Of a DNA stretch of 64,000 nucleotides, positions 47,619 through 57,716 are shown piece by piece (positions within the stretch are counted from its first letter, which is position 1; each line of letters begins with the position of its first letter). The position numbers were made by a program, and so were the translations under genes. This DNA comes from Candidatus Binatia bacterium (GTDB lineage: Bacteria > Desulfobacterota > Binatia > HRBIN30), in the NCBI GenBank assembly GCA_038245295.1, contig JBBRSP010000011.1:32001-96000 (forward strand), in the 5' to 3' direction. The notes under the pieces are model-generated. The model was given only the letters and a program-made list of their open reading frames with translations, did no database searches and was not told the DNA's origin.

Positions 47619-48278
47619 ATGAGCATTCGTGTCGTTTGTATTTCGCGCAGTATCGGCGCCGGCGGTGAGTTGGTTGGCCAGGCCATCGCGCCGCTGCTCG
47701 GATATCAGTACGTCGATGAACAGATCATCGAGAAGGCGGCGTCGCAGGCGCAGGTCGACCCGTCCCAGGTCGCGGCGACGGAGCAGCGCCAACCCCTGCT
47801 CCAACGCTTGCTCGATAAACTGGCGCTGGCCGCGGAAGTCGTTGGGCCGGTCGGTTGGGCCAGTGGTATTCCAATGGAAGTCATGATCCCCGTTGCGTCG
47901 GTGCAACGAGCCGTGCCCGACGACCTGCGGGCGATGATTCGTTACGCGATTCACGAGGTGGCGCGTCAGGGCCATGCGGTGATCGTCGCGCATGCGGCGT
48001 CGATGGCTCTGGCCGGAGTCGATGGTGTCTTGAGGGTTCTGGTCACCGCTTCTCCCGAAACCCGCGCGGCCCGTCTGGCGGAGGCCCAGGGCGCGACCCA
48101 AAAGGCCGCTGCCGAGGTTATTGCCACTTCCGATCGCGAGCGCCGCGATTACTTCCAGCGCTTCTACAACATCAAAGAAGAACTACCGACGCACTACGAT
48201 CTGGTCATCAATACGGACGTTCTGTCACCCGATGCGGCGGTGGAACTGATCCGTGTCGCGGCGCAGCACAGCGTCTGA
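47619..48278 (+). CDS. Cytidylate kinase-like family protein
   Basis: [15 protein letters not shown]...Y, YDLVINT; GAGGAG RBS. Confidence 0.82.
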   Translation: MSIRVVCISRSIGAGGELVGQAIAPLLGYQYVDEQIIEKAASQAQVDPSQVAATEQRQPLLQRLLDKLALAAEVVGPVGWASGIPMEVMIPVASVQRAVPDDLRAMIRYAIHEVARQGHAVIVAHAASMALAGVDGVLRVLVTASPETRAARLAEAQGATQKAAAEVIATSDRERRDYFQRFYNIKEELPTHYDLVINTDVLSPDAAVELIRVAAQHSV

Positions 48279-48343
48279 AGTCGACCGTTCAACATTCCCA
48301 GTGGCCGGATAGGGCTAACTTGTGGTGCTGGCGTGAATTTTCG

Positions 48344-48373
48344 TTGACTGCTGCAACACGGGGCTGGTACGGT
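48344..48373 (+). promoter_or_regulatory. Putative sigma70 promoter for the 48413 gene
   Basis: TTGACT-N18-TACGGT with TG extended -10. Confidence 0.35.
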
Positions 48374-48412
48374 CGCGTTGTTTCACGTTCTAGGATGAGG
48401 GGAGTTTCCAGC

Positions 48413-50713
48413 ATGCGGCATCATCTTGTTGTCTTCGGGGCGGTATTGGCGATTGCTTTATCTTCCTTGCAGGCCAATGCACTGACGATTCAGGAGTTCG
48501 CAAAGTGCCGCAAGGCCCTTGCGAATGGGACACGCGCTCTCGCGTTGAAAGTCATCATCGAGCAAGTAAAGTGTCACCAGAAACGCCTGCTGGGCACTGA
48601 CCCTGCCTACCCGCCGTCGCTCGACTGCAACACCATTACGTCTCTCCCCGTGAAAGCCCAAAACTCAATTTTGGCCAAAGAGCTGAAACTGACTACGTTG
48701 GCACAGAAGAAGTGTGACGCCGTACCCGATTTGTTGCCGGCATCGCAATTCGGTTACACGGTTTGTCTGGCATCGTCGCTGCCAGCGATGTTCCCCTGTC
48801 ACACGATACCGATCACCGCGAATTACAGCAGCGTTGCCGCCTGTTTGGCCTGCGAGGCCAAGGCCGATGCGACCTCGGCAACAATCGCGACGTACGGTGC
48901 TTTGCCCAATCCCCCGGTGCAAAGCGGCAAGACCCTTGCCTATAGCTGCCAGGACGGGATCGGTAAGAGTTATAAGGGCTATTTTGCGGCGCGCACCACG
49001 TTGGACCAGGCTTGCGAGTACAAGGTCGACCTTGGTACCCTCAATGGCGTCAACTGTCTTGCCTACGATCCGAAGTTGAAGATCGACAAGCAGCAGAACA
49101 AAGCGAACGACCGTATCGCGTTGGCCTGTAATGATGCGACGTTGGCGGCCCTGACGAGCTGCAGCTCGACTGAGGCCGGCGAGTTGGCTTGTTTCGACCA
49201 AGTTGCCAACGGGTTTACCGATTCGACGTTCTTCAACATCTACAACCCGCGTTCGCTCACCGCGACGCCGCTGCCCAGCTTTACCCCGACAGTCACGCCT
49301 ACACCCACCGTGACAGGGACCCCGACCGACACCGCGACGTCGACCGAGACGCCGACCGACACGTCGACACCGACGAGTACGGCGACACACACCCCGACCG
49401 TCACCCACACCTCGACGATCACTCAAACTTCGACCCGAACGCCAACAATCACGCGCACACCGACTGTGACGCGAACTGCCACACCGACCGACACCGGCAC
49501 ACCGACGGAGACACCGACGCCGACCGAGACAGAGATTCCCGGAGCGCCGACCCGAACACCGACCAACACGCCCACGGTAACGAGGACGGGAACGCCGACG
49601 CGGACACCGACGCCCACGGCGACGATTACCGATACACCGACGTCCACGGCGACGCCGACGCCGACATCGACCAGCACGTCGACAGGGACGCCGACGAGCA
49701 CCCCGACGAACACGTCGACCTCGACCGGAACACCTACGTCGACCTCGACCCCGACGGTGACCAATACAGCAACGATCACCGCGACGCCGACGCTGACGCC
49801 GTTGGCGAAGCTATGCACGCTTGGTGGCGGGTCAGCGAGTCAAGCGAGCATTCAATTTGACGCGAGCTACATCATCGTCAACATTGGACGTCCAACCTCG
49901 AATATCACTGGCAGCGTAGGTCTCGAGTTCTTCCCACAAGCGGTCGACGGGACGCGCGTCGTCAAGGTGCCCGGCTCCTCCGTCCATCTCAATCAGCTCG
50001 TCTTCAGCATTTCCGGCCTCGCCACGATCAACGCCTGTGTCTTGTCGCAGGTGGACGTCAACAATGTGCCGCTCGACGGATTCGGTACGATCGACTGCGA
50101 CGGCGGCGCACCAAACTACGACTATACGGTTGAGGTTGATCACAACACGTCGACAGCACCATCGACGCCTCCCGGTGGGTTCCCGCAAGACGCATCGTGC
50201 ACTCAAACCTTCATTGATCCGGTGACGGGTGGCACATCGTCGGCATGTCTGGAAGCCTCGGTGGCAACCTGCAATGCCAAGAATATCCACCTCGGAGTTT
50301 GCAACAGCGCGGTCCACACCACGTATGCTCAGCCGACACCGACACCACTACGTGCCTTCCCCCCCGGTGGTCTGACGATTCGTCTCCCGCTAGCCCTCAA
50401 GGTCCTCAGTAGTGGAACTTGTTCGAGTGGTGTCTTCGGCGCCACCGCTAACGTCGATGCCTTCCTGACCACGGGCCAAGCGCGTGGCATTGTCTACCAG
50501 TCGAATAACTCGACGAAGAAGATGGACGAGGGACAATCGGTCAAGGGCGGCACCGCGAAGACGCAAGTAACCGGAACTCCGCTCACGGCATTCTGCAGCA
50601 ATCCCACGGGCAGTACGCTCGCCGGATCGAAGATGGTGACGGCCTTCCCCGTGCTCGATCTCGATACAACCGCCGGTGATACGGTGGCGACGGTCGAGCT
50701 CACCTGCCAATAG
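48413..50713 (+). CDS. Secreted Cys-rich protein with long Pro/Thr linker
   Basis: Signal peptide ending ANA; Cys-patterned helical N-domain; TPT-rich linker ~49260-49800; beta-rich Cys-containing C-domain; GGGAG RBS. Confidence 0.85.
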   Translation: MRHHLVVFGAVLAIALSSLQANALTIQEFAKCRKALANGTRALALKVIIEQVKCHQKRLLGTDPAYPPSLDCNTITSLPVKAQNSILAKELKLTTLAQKKCDAVPDLLPASQFGYTVCLASSLPAMFPCHTIPITANYSSVAACLACEAKADATSATIATYGALPNPPVQSGKTLAYSCQDGIGKSYKGYFAARTTLDQACEYKVDLGTLNGVNCLAYDPKLKIDKQQNKANDRIALACNDATLAALTSCSSTEAGELACFDQVANGFTDSTFFNIYNPRSLTATPLPSFTPTVTPTPTVTGTPTDTATSTETPTDTSTPTSTATHTPTVTHTSTITQTSTRTPTITRTPTVTRTATPTDTGTPTETPTPTETEIPGAPTRTPTNTPTVTRTGTPTRTPTPTATITDTPTSTATPTPTSTSTSTGTPTSTPTNTSTSTGTPTSTSTPTVTNTATITATPTLTPLAKLCTLGGGSASQASIQFDASYIIVNIGRPTSNITGSVGLEFFPQAVDGTRVVKVPGSSVHLNQLVFSISGLATINACVLSQVDVNNVPLDGFGTIDCDGGAPNYDYTVEVDHNTSTAPSTPPGGFPQDASCTQTFIDPVTGGTSSACLEASVATCNAKNIHLGVCNSAVHTTYAQPTPTPLRAFPPGGLTIRLPLALKVLSSGTCSSGVFGATANVDAFLTTGQARGIVYQSNNSTKKMDEGQSVKGGTAKTQVTGTPLTAFCSNPTGSTLAGSKMVTAFPVLDLDTTAGDTVATVELTCQ

Positions 50714-50737
50714 GCCGATAGACGGTCAGTGCTTCAG

Positions 50738-50776
50738 AAGACCGCGGCGCACATCAGTGCGCCGCGGTCTTTTTTT
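50738..50776 (+). terminator. Intrinsic terminator
   Basis: 15-bp stem AAGACCGCGGCGCAC/GTGCGCCGCGGTCTT, loop ATCA, followed by a T-run. Confidence 0.88.
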
Positions 50777-50830
50777 GTCTGGTGTTCAGGTAGCCGTGAT
50801 GGCATGAGGTGCCACGGAGGTGCGCCCGGA

Positions 50831-53140
50831 ATGCAGGCGCGAAGCGGTCGGTTGTGGTGGGTTCTATTGGCGGCCGGTGCGACCATCGTCAGCGCAGCGG
50901 CGTCGGTGAATGCGGCGCCCTCTATCCAGGTCGGAACTGGGATCGGTGGCCCGGGCGGCCTCGTGGTAGTGCCGACATCCCTCTCCGGGAACGGCGCCGC
51001 CGTTGTTGCCACGAGCAGCGATATTTCGATCGACACATCGCGGTTCCTGCTGCGTACGTGTGCGATCAATCCAGGTCTGGTTGGTCCGCCGGCCAATGCG
51101 GTGTTCTCCGGCCCCACCCCATACTGCAGTAGCAGTGAGATCTTGTGTGCCGGCGATGCCGATTGTCCGCCAGCCGAACACTGCAATCGACTTCGCCTCA
51201 AGATCCAGAGTCAGACGAACTCGGTTGTTCCGGACGGTGAGCTTTTCCACTGCACGTTTGTCATCTTCGCGGCGACGCCACCCGGTGGTTATCCGCTGCA
51301 CAATCTTTCGACGGCAAGCGACGCGCTTGGATCGCTAACGACTACCTCGTTGGACGGTCAGATCCTGGTGATCAATGGGCTGACGCCGACGCCGACGTTC
51401 ACCCGGACGGCGACGCTGACGCGCACTCCGACCCCGACCGCGACGCGTACGGCGACGGCATCCTCGACCGCGACCGGTACGCGGACCGCAACTCGAACAC
51501 TCACGCGGACAGCCACAGGCGCACCGAGCTCGACGCTGACACCGTCGGTGGCGCTACCGCGTGTCCACCTCGATCTTGCCGGCGCTACCGGCGAGCCTGG
51601 AGCAACCCTTACGGTTGCGGCGACCCTTCTCGGCGAAGGCCTGTCCGTGGCGCGAACTTCCAATGACCTGATGTTTGACTCGGACCGATTCTCCGTGCGC
51701 AACTGCGCCATCAACCCGGTTCTTTCGGACATGACCCCAAATCAGCAGCTCACGGGTCCGTCGCTGCTGTGTGGTGAAACCGCCGTGGCCTGTAGCGGCG
51801 ACGCGCAGTGCCCGCTCGGCGAGCGTTGTCAACGCCTGCGTGTCGGGACGACCAATACCGGTGGATTGACGGTGCCGGATGGGTTTCTGTTTTCGTGCAC
51901 GTTTGTCATTTTTCCCGGTGCAGAGGCGGGTGTCTATCCGCTGGTAAATTTGGCTACGGCACGCGATGCGCAAAACGTCGTGCTCCCCGGTACGACCGGC
52001 AAGGATGGTGTGTTGAAGGTTGTCTTGCTTTTGTCCCCGACGCCGACGCCATCGTTGAGCCCGACGCCGTCGACGACGATGACACCGACGACCTCCCCGA
52101 CCGTATCGCGCACGGCCACGCCATCGAAGACGGCGACCTCGACACAGACATCCACGACGACCGGCACCGCGACTGTGACACGATCGCCGACGCGCACAGG
52201 CACCTCGACGCCAAGCGCGTCGGCAAGTCGGACGGAGACGGTTACCCGCACCCCAAGTGCGACCGCCTCGGCAACACCGAGCGCGACAGTGTCGCGAACC
52301 GCGACTGCCTCACCCTCGCCAACGGTGTCACGATCGACGACCCCGACACGATCGGCCACAGGCACGCCGACGGCGACGCTGACGCGGACGGACACTACAA
52401 CCTCGACGCCATCGCGGACCGCGACGGTGACGCGTACCGGCTCGCCGACGGCTTCATCCACCAAGCCGGCGACTCGATCGCCAACGTCGACGCCGACATC
52501 GGCATCGACATCGACATCAACCGCATTACCCACGGCGACCTTCACCACAACGCCGACTGTGACGTCGACCGCGACCCTGACACCGAGCTCGACGCTGACG
52601 GCGACGCCGATACCGAGCCCAACGGCAACGCTGACGGCGTCCGGTACACCCAGCCCGACGGCAAGTTCAACGTCGACGCCCAGCACCACGCCAACCAGTT
52701 CCCCGACCGCCCAGCCAACCCTGAGCTCAACCCCGACGCCTTTGCCGAGTCACAGCCCTACTGTGTCGGCGTCGCCGACGGAAAGCCCGACGCCATTGCC
52801 CACCGAGACTTCGACCGCGACCCCGGTGGCGACCGCGAGCCGTAGCCTCACGCCAACCGCTACTCCGACGCCCATCTCGACTGTCTCGGCAACCGTGAGC
52901 GCGACCACAACGGCGAGCCCCACGCTCAGCCCTACGGCGGTCGTGTTGTGCGTCGGTGACTGCGACGCGGATGGGATGGTGACGGTCGACGAAGTGTTGC
53001 GTCTGGTGCGTATTGCGATCGGCGAAGGACCGATTGGATTGTGTGCGGCCGGCGATGTCGACGGCAACGGTCTAGTGACGATCGAGGAGATCGTCCGCAG
53101 CGTTAACGTGGCGCTGGAAGGCTGCGACGCTGCGGGTTGA
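50831..53140 (+). CDS. Secreted scaffoldin-like protein: cohesin-like x2, Pro/Thr/Ser linker, C-terminal dockerin-like module
   Basis: Signal peptide; two homologous beta domains (G.PG..V.V...L ... CAINP ... LR ... PDG.LF.CTFVI ... G.YPL ... DG.I.V); C-terminal CVGDCDADGMVTVDE...GDVDGNGLVTIEE duplicated Ca-loop. Confidence 0.8.
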   Translation: MQARSGRLWWVLLAAGATIVSAAASVNAAPSIQVGTGIGGPGGLVVVPTSLSGNGAAVVATSSDISIDTSRFLLRTCAINPGLVGPPANAVFSGPTPYCSSSEILCAGDADCPPAEHCNRLRLKIQSQTNSVVPDGELFHCTFVIFAATPPGGYPLHNLSTASDALGSLTTTSLDGQILVINGLTPTPTFTRTATLTRTPTPTATRTATASSTATGTRTATRTLTRTATGAPSSTLTPSVALPRVHLDLAGATGEPGATLTVAATLLGEGLSVARTSNDLMFDSDRFSVRNCAINPVLSDMTPNQQLTGPSLLCGETAVACSGDAQCPLGERCQRLRVGTTNTGGLTVPDGFLFSCTFVIFPGAEAGVYPLVNLATARDAQNVVLPGTTGKDGVLKVVLLLSPTPTPSLSPTPSTTMTPTTSPTVSRTATPSKTATSTQTSTTTGTATVTRSPTRTGTSTPSASASRTETVTRTPSATASATPSATVSRTATASPSPTVSRSTTPTRSATGTPTATLTRTDTTTSTPSRTATVTRTGSPTASSTKPATRSPTSTPTSASTSTSTALPTATFTTTPTVTSTATLTPSSTLTATPIPSPTATLTASGTPSPTASSTSTPSTTPTSSPTAQPTLSSTPTPLPSHSPTVSASPTESPTPLPTETSTATPVATASRSLTPTATPTPISTVSATVSATTTASPTLSPTAVVLCVGDCDADGMVTVDEVLRLVRIAIGEGPIGLCAAGDVDGNGLVTIEEIVRSVNVALEGCDAAG

Positions 53141-53205
53141 ACGCATGCGGCTTCCAAAGTGTCGGCCGCTATGCTTGACGGCGACACAGTAGGAACATCC
53201 GACCA

Positions 53206-54195
53206 ATGGCAGGAATCCGCGATCATATTCGGTTTGATAGTGTGTGGTGGAGAAAGTTCGCTTACCTCGGGAGTGCGCATGCGCCGGAGTGGTTCAAGCG
53301 CGCTGCTCCGCCGGCAATTGGGGCGACGATCTTTGCTTTGGCGAGTGGGCGCCGAGAGGCGGCCATTGAAAACATGATGCGGGTCCTCGGCACCAACGAT
53401 CGCGTCGTGGCACGCCGAGTCGCACTTCAGATGTTCCAGTGCTTTGCCCAATGCCTGAGCGAAACCCTCGAAAGTTACGGTTTGGGGACGGAAGGCGTGC
53501 GCTGCGACACACCTGCGGTGAACCCGGTGGCCGAGGCCCTGGAGGCGGGGCGTGGCGCCATCCTGGTGACGGCACATCTTGGCAACTGGGACCTGGCAGC
53601 CCATGCAATCCAGCACCGTGGCCATGCCATCAACGTCGTCATGGGCCGAGAACCCAATGAGACGGCGCAGGGTTACGGACAGCAGGCCCGCGAGGCGGTT
53701 GGGGTGCGTGTCATTTATTCCGACACTTCGGTTTTCGCCTCTTTGAACATGATTCGCGCTCTGCAACGCAACGAAATCGTCGCGCTGCAACTCGACCGCC
53801 TGCAGGGGCCACGCATGGTCGCTCAAGAGGTCCCATTCTTTGGGCGCCCGACGCCGTTTCCCGTTGGCCCATTTGCCCTTGCGCGGCTCAGTGGGGCTCC
53901 GCTGATTCCGGTGTTTGTCCCACGTCGCGGCAGGCGCCATTACGAATTGAAAGTCGGACAGCCATACTATGTGCGCCGCGGCGGCGATCGCCAGACGTTA
54001 CGTCACGTGATGGTCGAAGTGGTGGCCTACCTGGAATTGATTATCCGCGAACACCCAGACCAGTGGTTCCAATTCGCGCCGTTCTGGCCGTCGGTGGATA
54101 GCCCGAGGATCGCCAACTGCGGCACGCCCCCAGACGGCCGCGGCGCTGAGCTGAACCAACCGGGACAATCCGAGCACGCTGCCAAGGTACGTTAG
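53206..54195 (+). CDS. Lysophospholipid/lipid A (LpxL/HtrB-like) acyltransferase
   Basis: GAILVTAHLGNWD (HxxxxD), VPFFG, GPF.LA, PDQWF. Confidence 0.88.
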   Translation: MAGIRDHIRFDSVWWRKFAYLGSAHAPEWFKRAAPPAIGATIFALASGRREAAIENMMRVLGTNDRVVARRVALQMFQCFAQCLSETLESYGLGTEGVRCDTPAVNPVAEALEAGRGAILVTAHLGNWDLAAHAIQHRGHAINVVMGREPNETAQGYGQQAREAVGVRVIYSDTSVFASLNMIRALQRNEIVALQLDRLQGPRMVAQEVPFFGRPTPFPVGPFALARLSGAPLIPVFVPRRGRRHYELKVGQPYYVRRGGDRQTLRHVMVEVVAYLELIIREHPDQWFQFAPFWPSVDSPRIANCGTPPDGRGAELNQPGQSEHAAKVR

Positions 54196-54224
54196 CGTTT
54201 CTTGCCCCTTCCGCCGTTCTTCCC

Positions 54225-54926
54225 ATGACGCAAGATCCAAGCAACATACGACCCGCCGTGCTGATTCCGGCTCTCGAGGCGGCTACAACACTTGATGCCG
54301 TCGTGCAGGGGTGCCGCGACCTCGGCTTCCATGTCCTGGTCGTCGATGACGGGTCCAGTGACGGTACCGCGGCGATCGGTCGGGCCGCTGGAGCGTCGGT
54401 CCTGGTTCACGAACGCAATCGCGGCAAGGGTGCGGCACTGATGTCCGGGATGCGGACACTGGCGAAAGAGGGATTCACGCACGCCGTAACCGTGGATGCG
54501 GACGGGCAGCATCTCCCTTGGGAAATCAATAAGTTAGTGCGGAGTGCCGAGCACCAACCGCGGGCCATCGTGCTGGGTGATCGCCAGATGGCCAGCATTA
54601 CTCAGGCGGCGCGTTCCAACCAGTTTGGCAACCGCTTCGCGAACCGTTGGGTGGAGATTGCCTGCGGCGTTGCCCTGCCCGACACCCAGTCCGGCCTACG
54701 AGTGTACCCGCTGCACGCCACATTGGGGCTCGGCCTGCGCGCGGATCGATTCGCCTTCGAAACGGAAGTGCTGATTCGGGCTGTGCGTCAGGGCATCCCG
54801 ATTACGTCTGTTCCCGTTGCCGTTTACTACCCGCCGGCGGACCAACGGACCAGCCACTTCCGTCGCATCGTCGACACGGTGCGCATCATCGGAGTCGTCC
54901 TCGGGTTGATCTTTCGGATCTGGTGA
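54225..54926 (+). CDS. Glycosyltransferase family 2 (DPM1-like)
   Basis: VVDDGSSDGT, NRGKGAAL, DADGQH, DTQSGLR, FETE. Confidence 0.9.
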   Translation: MTQDPSNIRPAVLIPALEAATTLDAVVQGCRDLGFHVLVVDDGSSDGTAAIGRAAGASVLVHERNRGKGAALMSGMRTLAKEGFTHAVTVDADGQHLPWEINKLVRSAEHQPRAIVLGDRQMASITQAARSNQFGNRFANRWVEIACGVALPDTQSGLRVYPLHATLGLGLRADRFAFETEVLIRAVRQGIPITSVPVAVYYPPADQRTSHFRRIVDTVRIIGVVLGLIFRIW

Positions 54927-55178
54927 CGCCTCAAAACCGACAAAATTTCCAACTGTTACCGGACAGAATCGCGTTGACAAGAGCTCGATACGGTGGCACC
55001 CTCGCGCAGTTTTTGTGTATGACCCCCATTCCGGCCCGCGGATGTGGGTTGGGTCGTGGGGATGTACGCACGCGACGGAAGTGCGAAAGATGGCGGTTCG
55101 GTGGGTGCCAGGTACCACCGGAAAGTCTGGAGCGAAATGGTGAAGAGAAGCCTTCAAATGTCTGAAGTGAGGTGCGGC

Positions 55179-57683
55179 ATGCGGCAGTTGACTACGCAAT
55201 TGGCGAGGGTCGGGTGTGCATTGGCCGTCACGGCGTCGATTGCCGCGGCACAAGTTGGTACCCCGACCCCGATCAGGTTGGTGAGCGCGAATTCCTCCGG
55301 CTTGGCCGGAAACGGCCCGAGCAACGGCATCGCCGTAAGTACCGATGGTGGGATCGCTGCGTTTTACTCTGACGCGACCGATCTGGTGCCCGGCGATACG
55401 AATCAGATGCGCGACGTTTTTGTGCGAGATCTCAGCACGGGGCTCACTGAGCGTGTTAGCGTCAGCAGTAGCGGTGCCCAGGCAAACGGTGTCAGTCACA
55501 ATGCCTACGGTGGAGTGGCCATTTCTGGAAACGGACAGATTGTCGCGTTCTACTCCCAGGCCAGCAATCTTGTGGCGAACGATACGAACCGTTTTGCTGA
55601 CGTATTTGTTCGTCTGCGCGGATCCAGTTCGACGCAGCGAGTAAGTGTCGCTTCGGACGGTACCGAGGCCAACGGAGCGAGCGTTCTGCCGAGCATCAGT
55701 GCCGATGGTCGCTATGTCGTATTTCAGTCGGAAGCATCAAATCTCGTCGCCGGTGACACGAATCGGGTTACCGATATCTTCGTTCACGATCGGGTGACGG
55801 GCACGACGACGCGCGTTTGCAACGTCCAAGGTGACCTCTCGAGCTCGACGCCAGTGATCAGCGCGGACGGCAGCACCATAGCCTTTGCTTCTTCGGCGAC
55901 GAACCTCGTAAGCGACGATACCAACAATCATCTTGACATCTTTGTCTGCGACCGGGTGTCCGGCGTGCCTGAGCGAATCAGTCTTTCGTCGAGTCAGGAC
56001 GAAGGCAACGGAGACAGTATCTTACCGGCCCTCAGCGCCACCGGTCGTTTCGTCGGCTTCAAATCGCTTGCGGACAATCTGGTCGATGGCGATCGCAATG
56101 GATCCGTTGACGTCTTTGTTCGTGATCGACAAATGGGCAAGACGGAACGGATCTCGGTTGGTGTCAACGGTGGCGACTCTTCCGACGTGAACTTCCCGCC
56201 TACTCTCAGCAATGATGGTCGGTTCGTTGCGTTTGCTTCTTTTGCCAACAACCTGATCCAAAACGATTACAACCATTCCGTCGACGTCTTTGTTCGTGAC
56301 CGGCAGATCGGCGTCACCGTTGCGGTGCGTAACGACGCCGGCGACTTGCCAAACGGCAGCGCGCCGGACGTACCACCGAGCATCAGCGGCGACGGCAAGC
56401 AGGTCGGCTTCACGTCGCTTGCGACAAATCTTGTGGTTCCAGATCGCAATGAAGCGACCGACTCTTTCGTTGCAACCAACCCCTTCTATGGGCCGGGAAG
56501 CTGCCCCGACGGCACATGCCCCGACGGCAATGTCTGTGTTGCTGGATTCTGCGCGGTTCCGACCAAGACGCCGACGATCACGCGTACACCGACGCCGACC
56601 AAGACCGGCACGGCAACCAAGACACCGACCCCGACAGCAACCTTCCGGAGCTGTACGGATGACAGCCAATGCCGCGCCGACGAACACTGCCGCGCCGGGT
56701 TCTGCAAGAAGAAGCGCCCGTGCGACGACACCGATCCGACGATTGATCGGTTGGCGTGTTTTGGCGATCGTGAGACGTGTATCGACAACCTCTGCGAGTG
56801 TGGCGGGGATTGTAACCGCGACGGGGTTGTCCTGACCAACGAGATCACGAAGGCCGTGTTGATCCTGGCGGGAATCGAACCCATCACCAGTTGCACGGCG
56901 GCGGACATCAACTCTGACGGACAAGTGTTGGGCAACGAAATTACACTGTCTGTCATCAACCTGGGCGAGGGCTGCACGCAAGAGGGGCAACCGCTGATGT
57001 TCGCCCACGACCGTGGGGAGAAGGTCGCCCTGAAGGTTTCCTCCGGTACGAGCGGGCAGGGCAGCACGATCCCGGTGACGGTCGATATGTCCGGTGGCGG
57101 CGGCGACGTGGCCACGGCGCAGATCGATCTGCTGTTTGACCCGACCGTCTTGCACGTGCCCAATCCAGGTGCCGCCTGCCACCTCGACGATCGCTTGGCG
57201 TCCAACCACATTCTGGCGGCGACAATCACGGATACACCACCGGCCCCTCCGGGGTTGGCGCGTTTGCGCTTGTTCGTCGGAGACATTGTGGCTCCGATCG
57301 ACACCTTTGCCGACGGCCGCCTGGTGACGTGTGAGTTCGAAGTGGCGGCCGAGGCTCAACCCGGTATGTCGTTCGTCGTCGGTGATCGCCTGAACATCGG
57401 CGATGCACGCGGCAGCGTTTTCGATGCGGAGACGGTTGACGGCAGCGTCACGGTTTCTGGTCCGGCTGCCACCCCGACCCCAGCGGCTGGCGTGACGTGC
57501 GCTGGTGACTGCGACGGCGACGGCGAAGTCTTCGGGAATGAAATCACACAAGCGGTGCGGATTCTCGCCGGTGAAGCGCCACGGGCGGAGTGCGAAGCGG
57601 CCGACGCGGATGGTGATGGCGAAGTCTTCGTGACCGATGTCACGCAGGCCATCATGCATCTCGGACGCGGTTGTCCCCGCTAG
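55179..57683 (+). CDS. Secreted TolB/WD40-like beta-propeller protein with Cys-rich region, dockerin-like, cohesin-like and second dockerin-like module
   Basis: Repeated IS.DG..VAF.S.A.NLV..DTN...DVFV.D blades; PT linkers; CGGDCNRDG... and CAGDCDGDG... modules flanking a cohesin-like domain; GAGG RBS before ATG 55179. Confidence 0.85.
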   Translation: MRQLTTQLARVGCALAVTASIAAAQVGTPTPIRLVSANSSGLAGNGPSNGIAVSTDGGIAAFYSDATDLVPGDTNQMRDVFVRDLSTGLTERVSVSSSGAQANGVSHNAYGGVAISGNGQIVAFYSQASNLVANDTNRFADVFVRLRGSSSTQRVSVASDGTEANGASVLPSISADGRYVVFQSEASNLVAGDTNRVTDIFVHDRVTGTTTRVCNVQGDLSSSTPVISADGSTIAFASSATNLVSDDTNNHLDIFVCDRVSGVPERISLSSSQDEGNGDSILPALSATGRFVGFKSLADNLVDGDRNGSVDVFVRDRQMGKTERISVGVNGGDSSDVNFPPTLSNDGRFVAFASFANNLIQNDYNHSVDVFVRDRQIGVTVAVRNDAGDLPNGSAPDVPPSISGDGKQVGFTSLATNLVVPDRNEATDSFVATNPFYGPGSCPDGTCPDGNVCVAGFCAVPTKTPTITRTPTPTKTGTATKTPTPTATFRSCTDDSQCRADEHCRAGFCKKKRPCDDTDPTIDRLACFGDRETCIDNLCECGGDCNRDGVVLTNEITKAVLILAGIEPITSCTAADINSDGQVLGNEITLSVINLGEGCTQEGQPLMFAHDRGEKVALKVSSGTSGQGSTIPVTVDMSGGGGDVATAQIDLLFDPTVLHVPNPGAACHLDDRLASNHILAATITDTPPAPPGLARLRLFVGDIVAPIDTFADGRLVTCEFEVAAEAQPGMSFVVGDRLNIGDARGSVFDAETVDGSVTVSGPAATPTPAAGVTCAGDCDGDGEVFGNEITQAVRILAGEAPRAECEAADADGDGEVFVTDVTQAIMHLGRGCPR

Positions 57684-57716
57684 GTTCGGGCCATGGACGT
57701 TCTAGGAGGCAACACG

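Noticed and set aside
47855..48412. N-terminal extension of the 952-aa ORF (similar over-extensions at 2067, 4808, 5665, 15410, 17313, 43401, 55044, 61944)
   Set aside because: They overlap upstream genes; RBS, signal peptides or stop-start overlaps support the later starts used here
49240..52689. Val/Gly-rich minus-strand ORFs that look like membrane proteins
   Set aside because: They are the antisense shadow of Thr/Pro codon repeats in the plus-strand linkers
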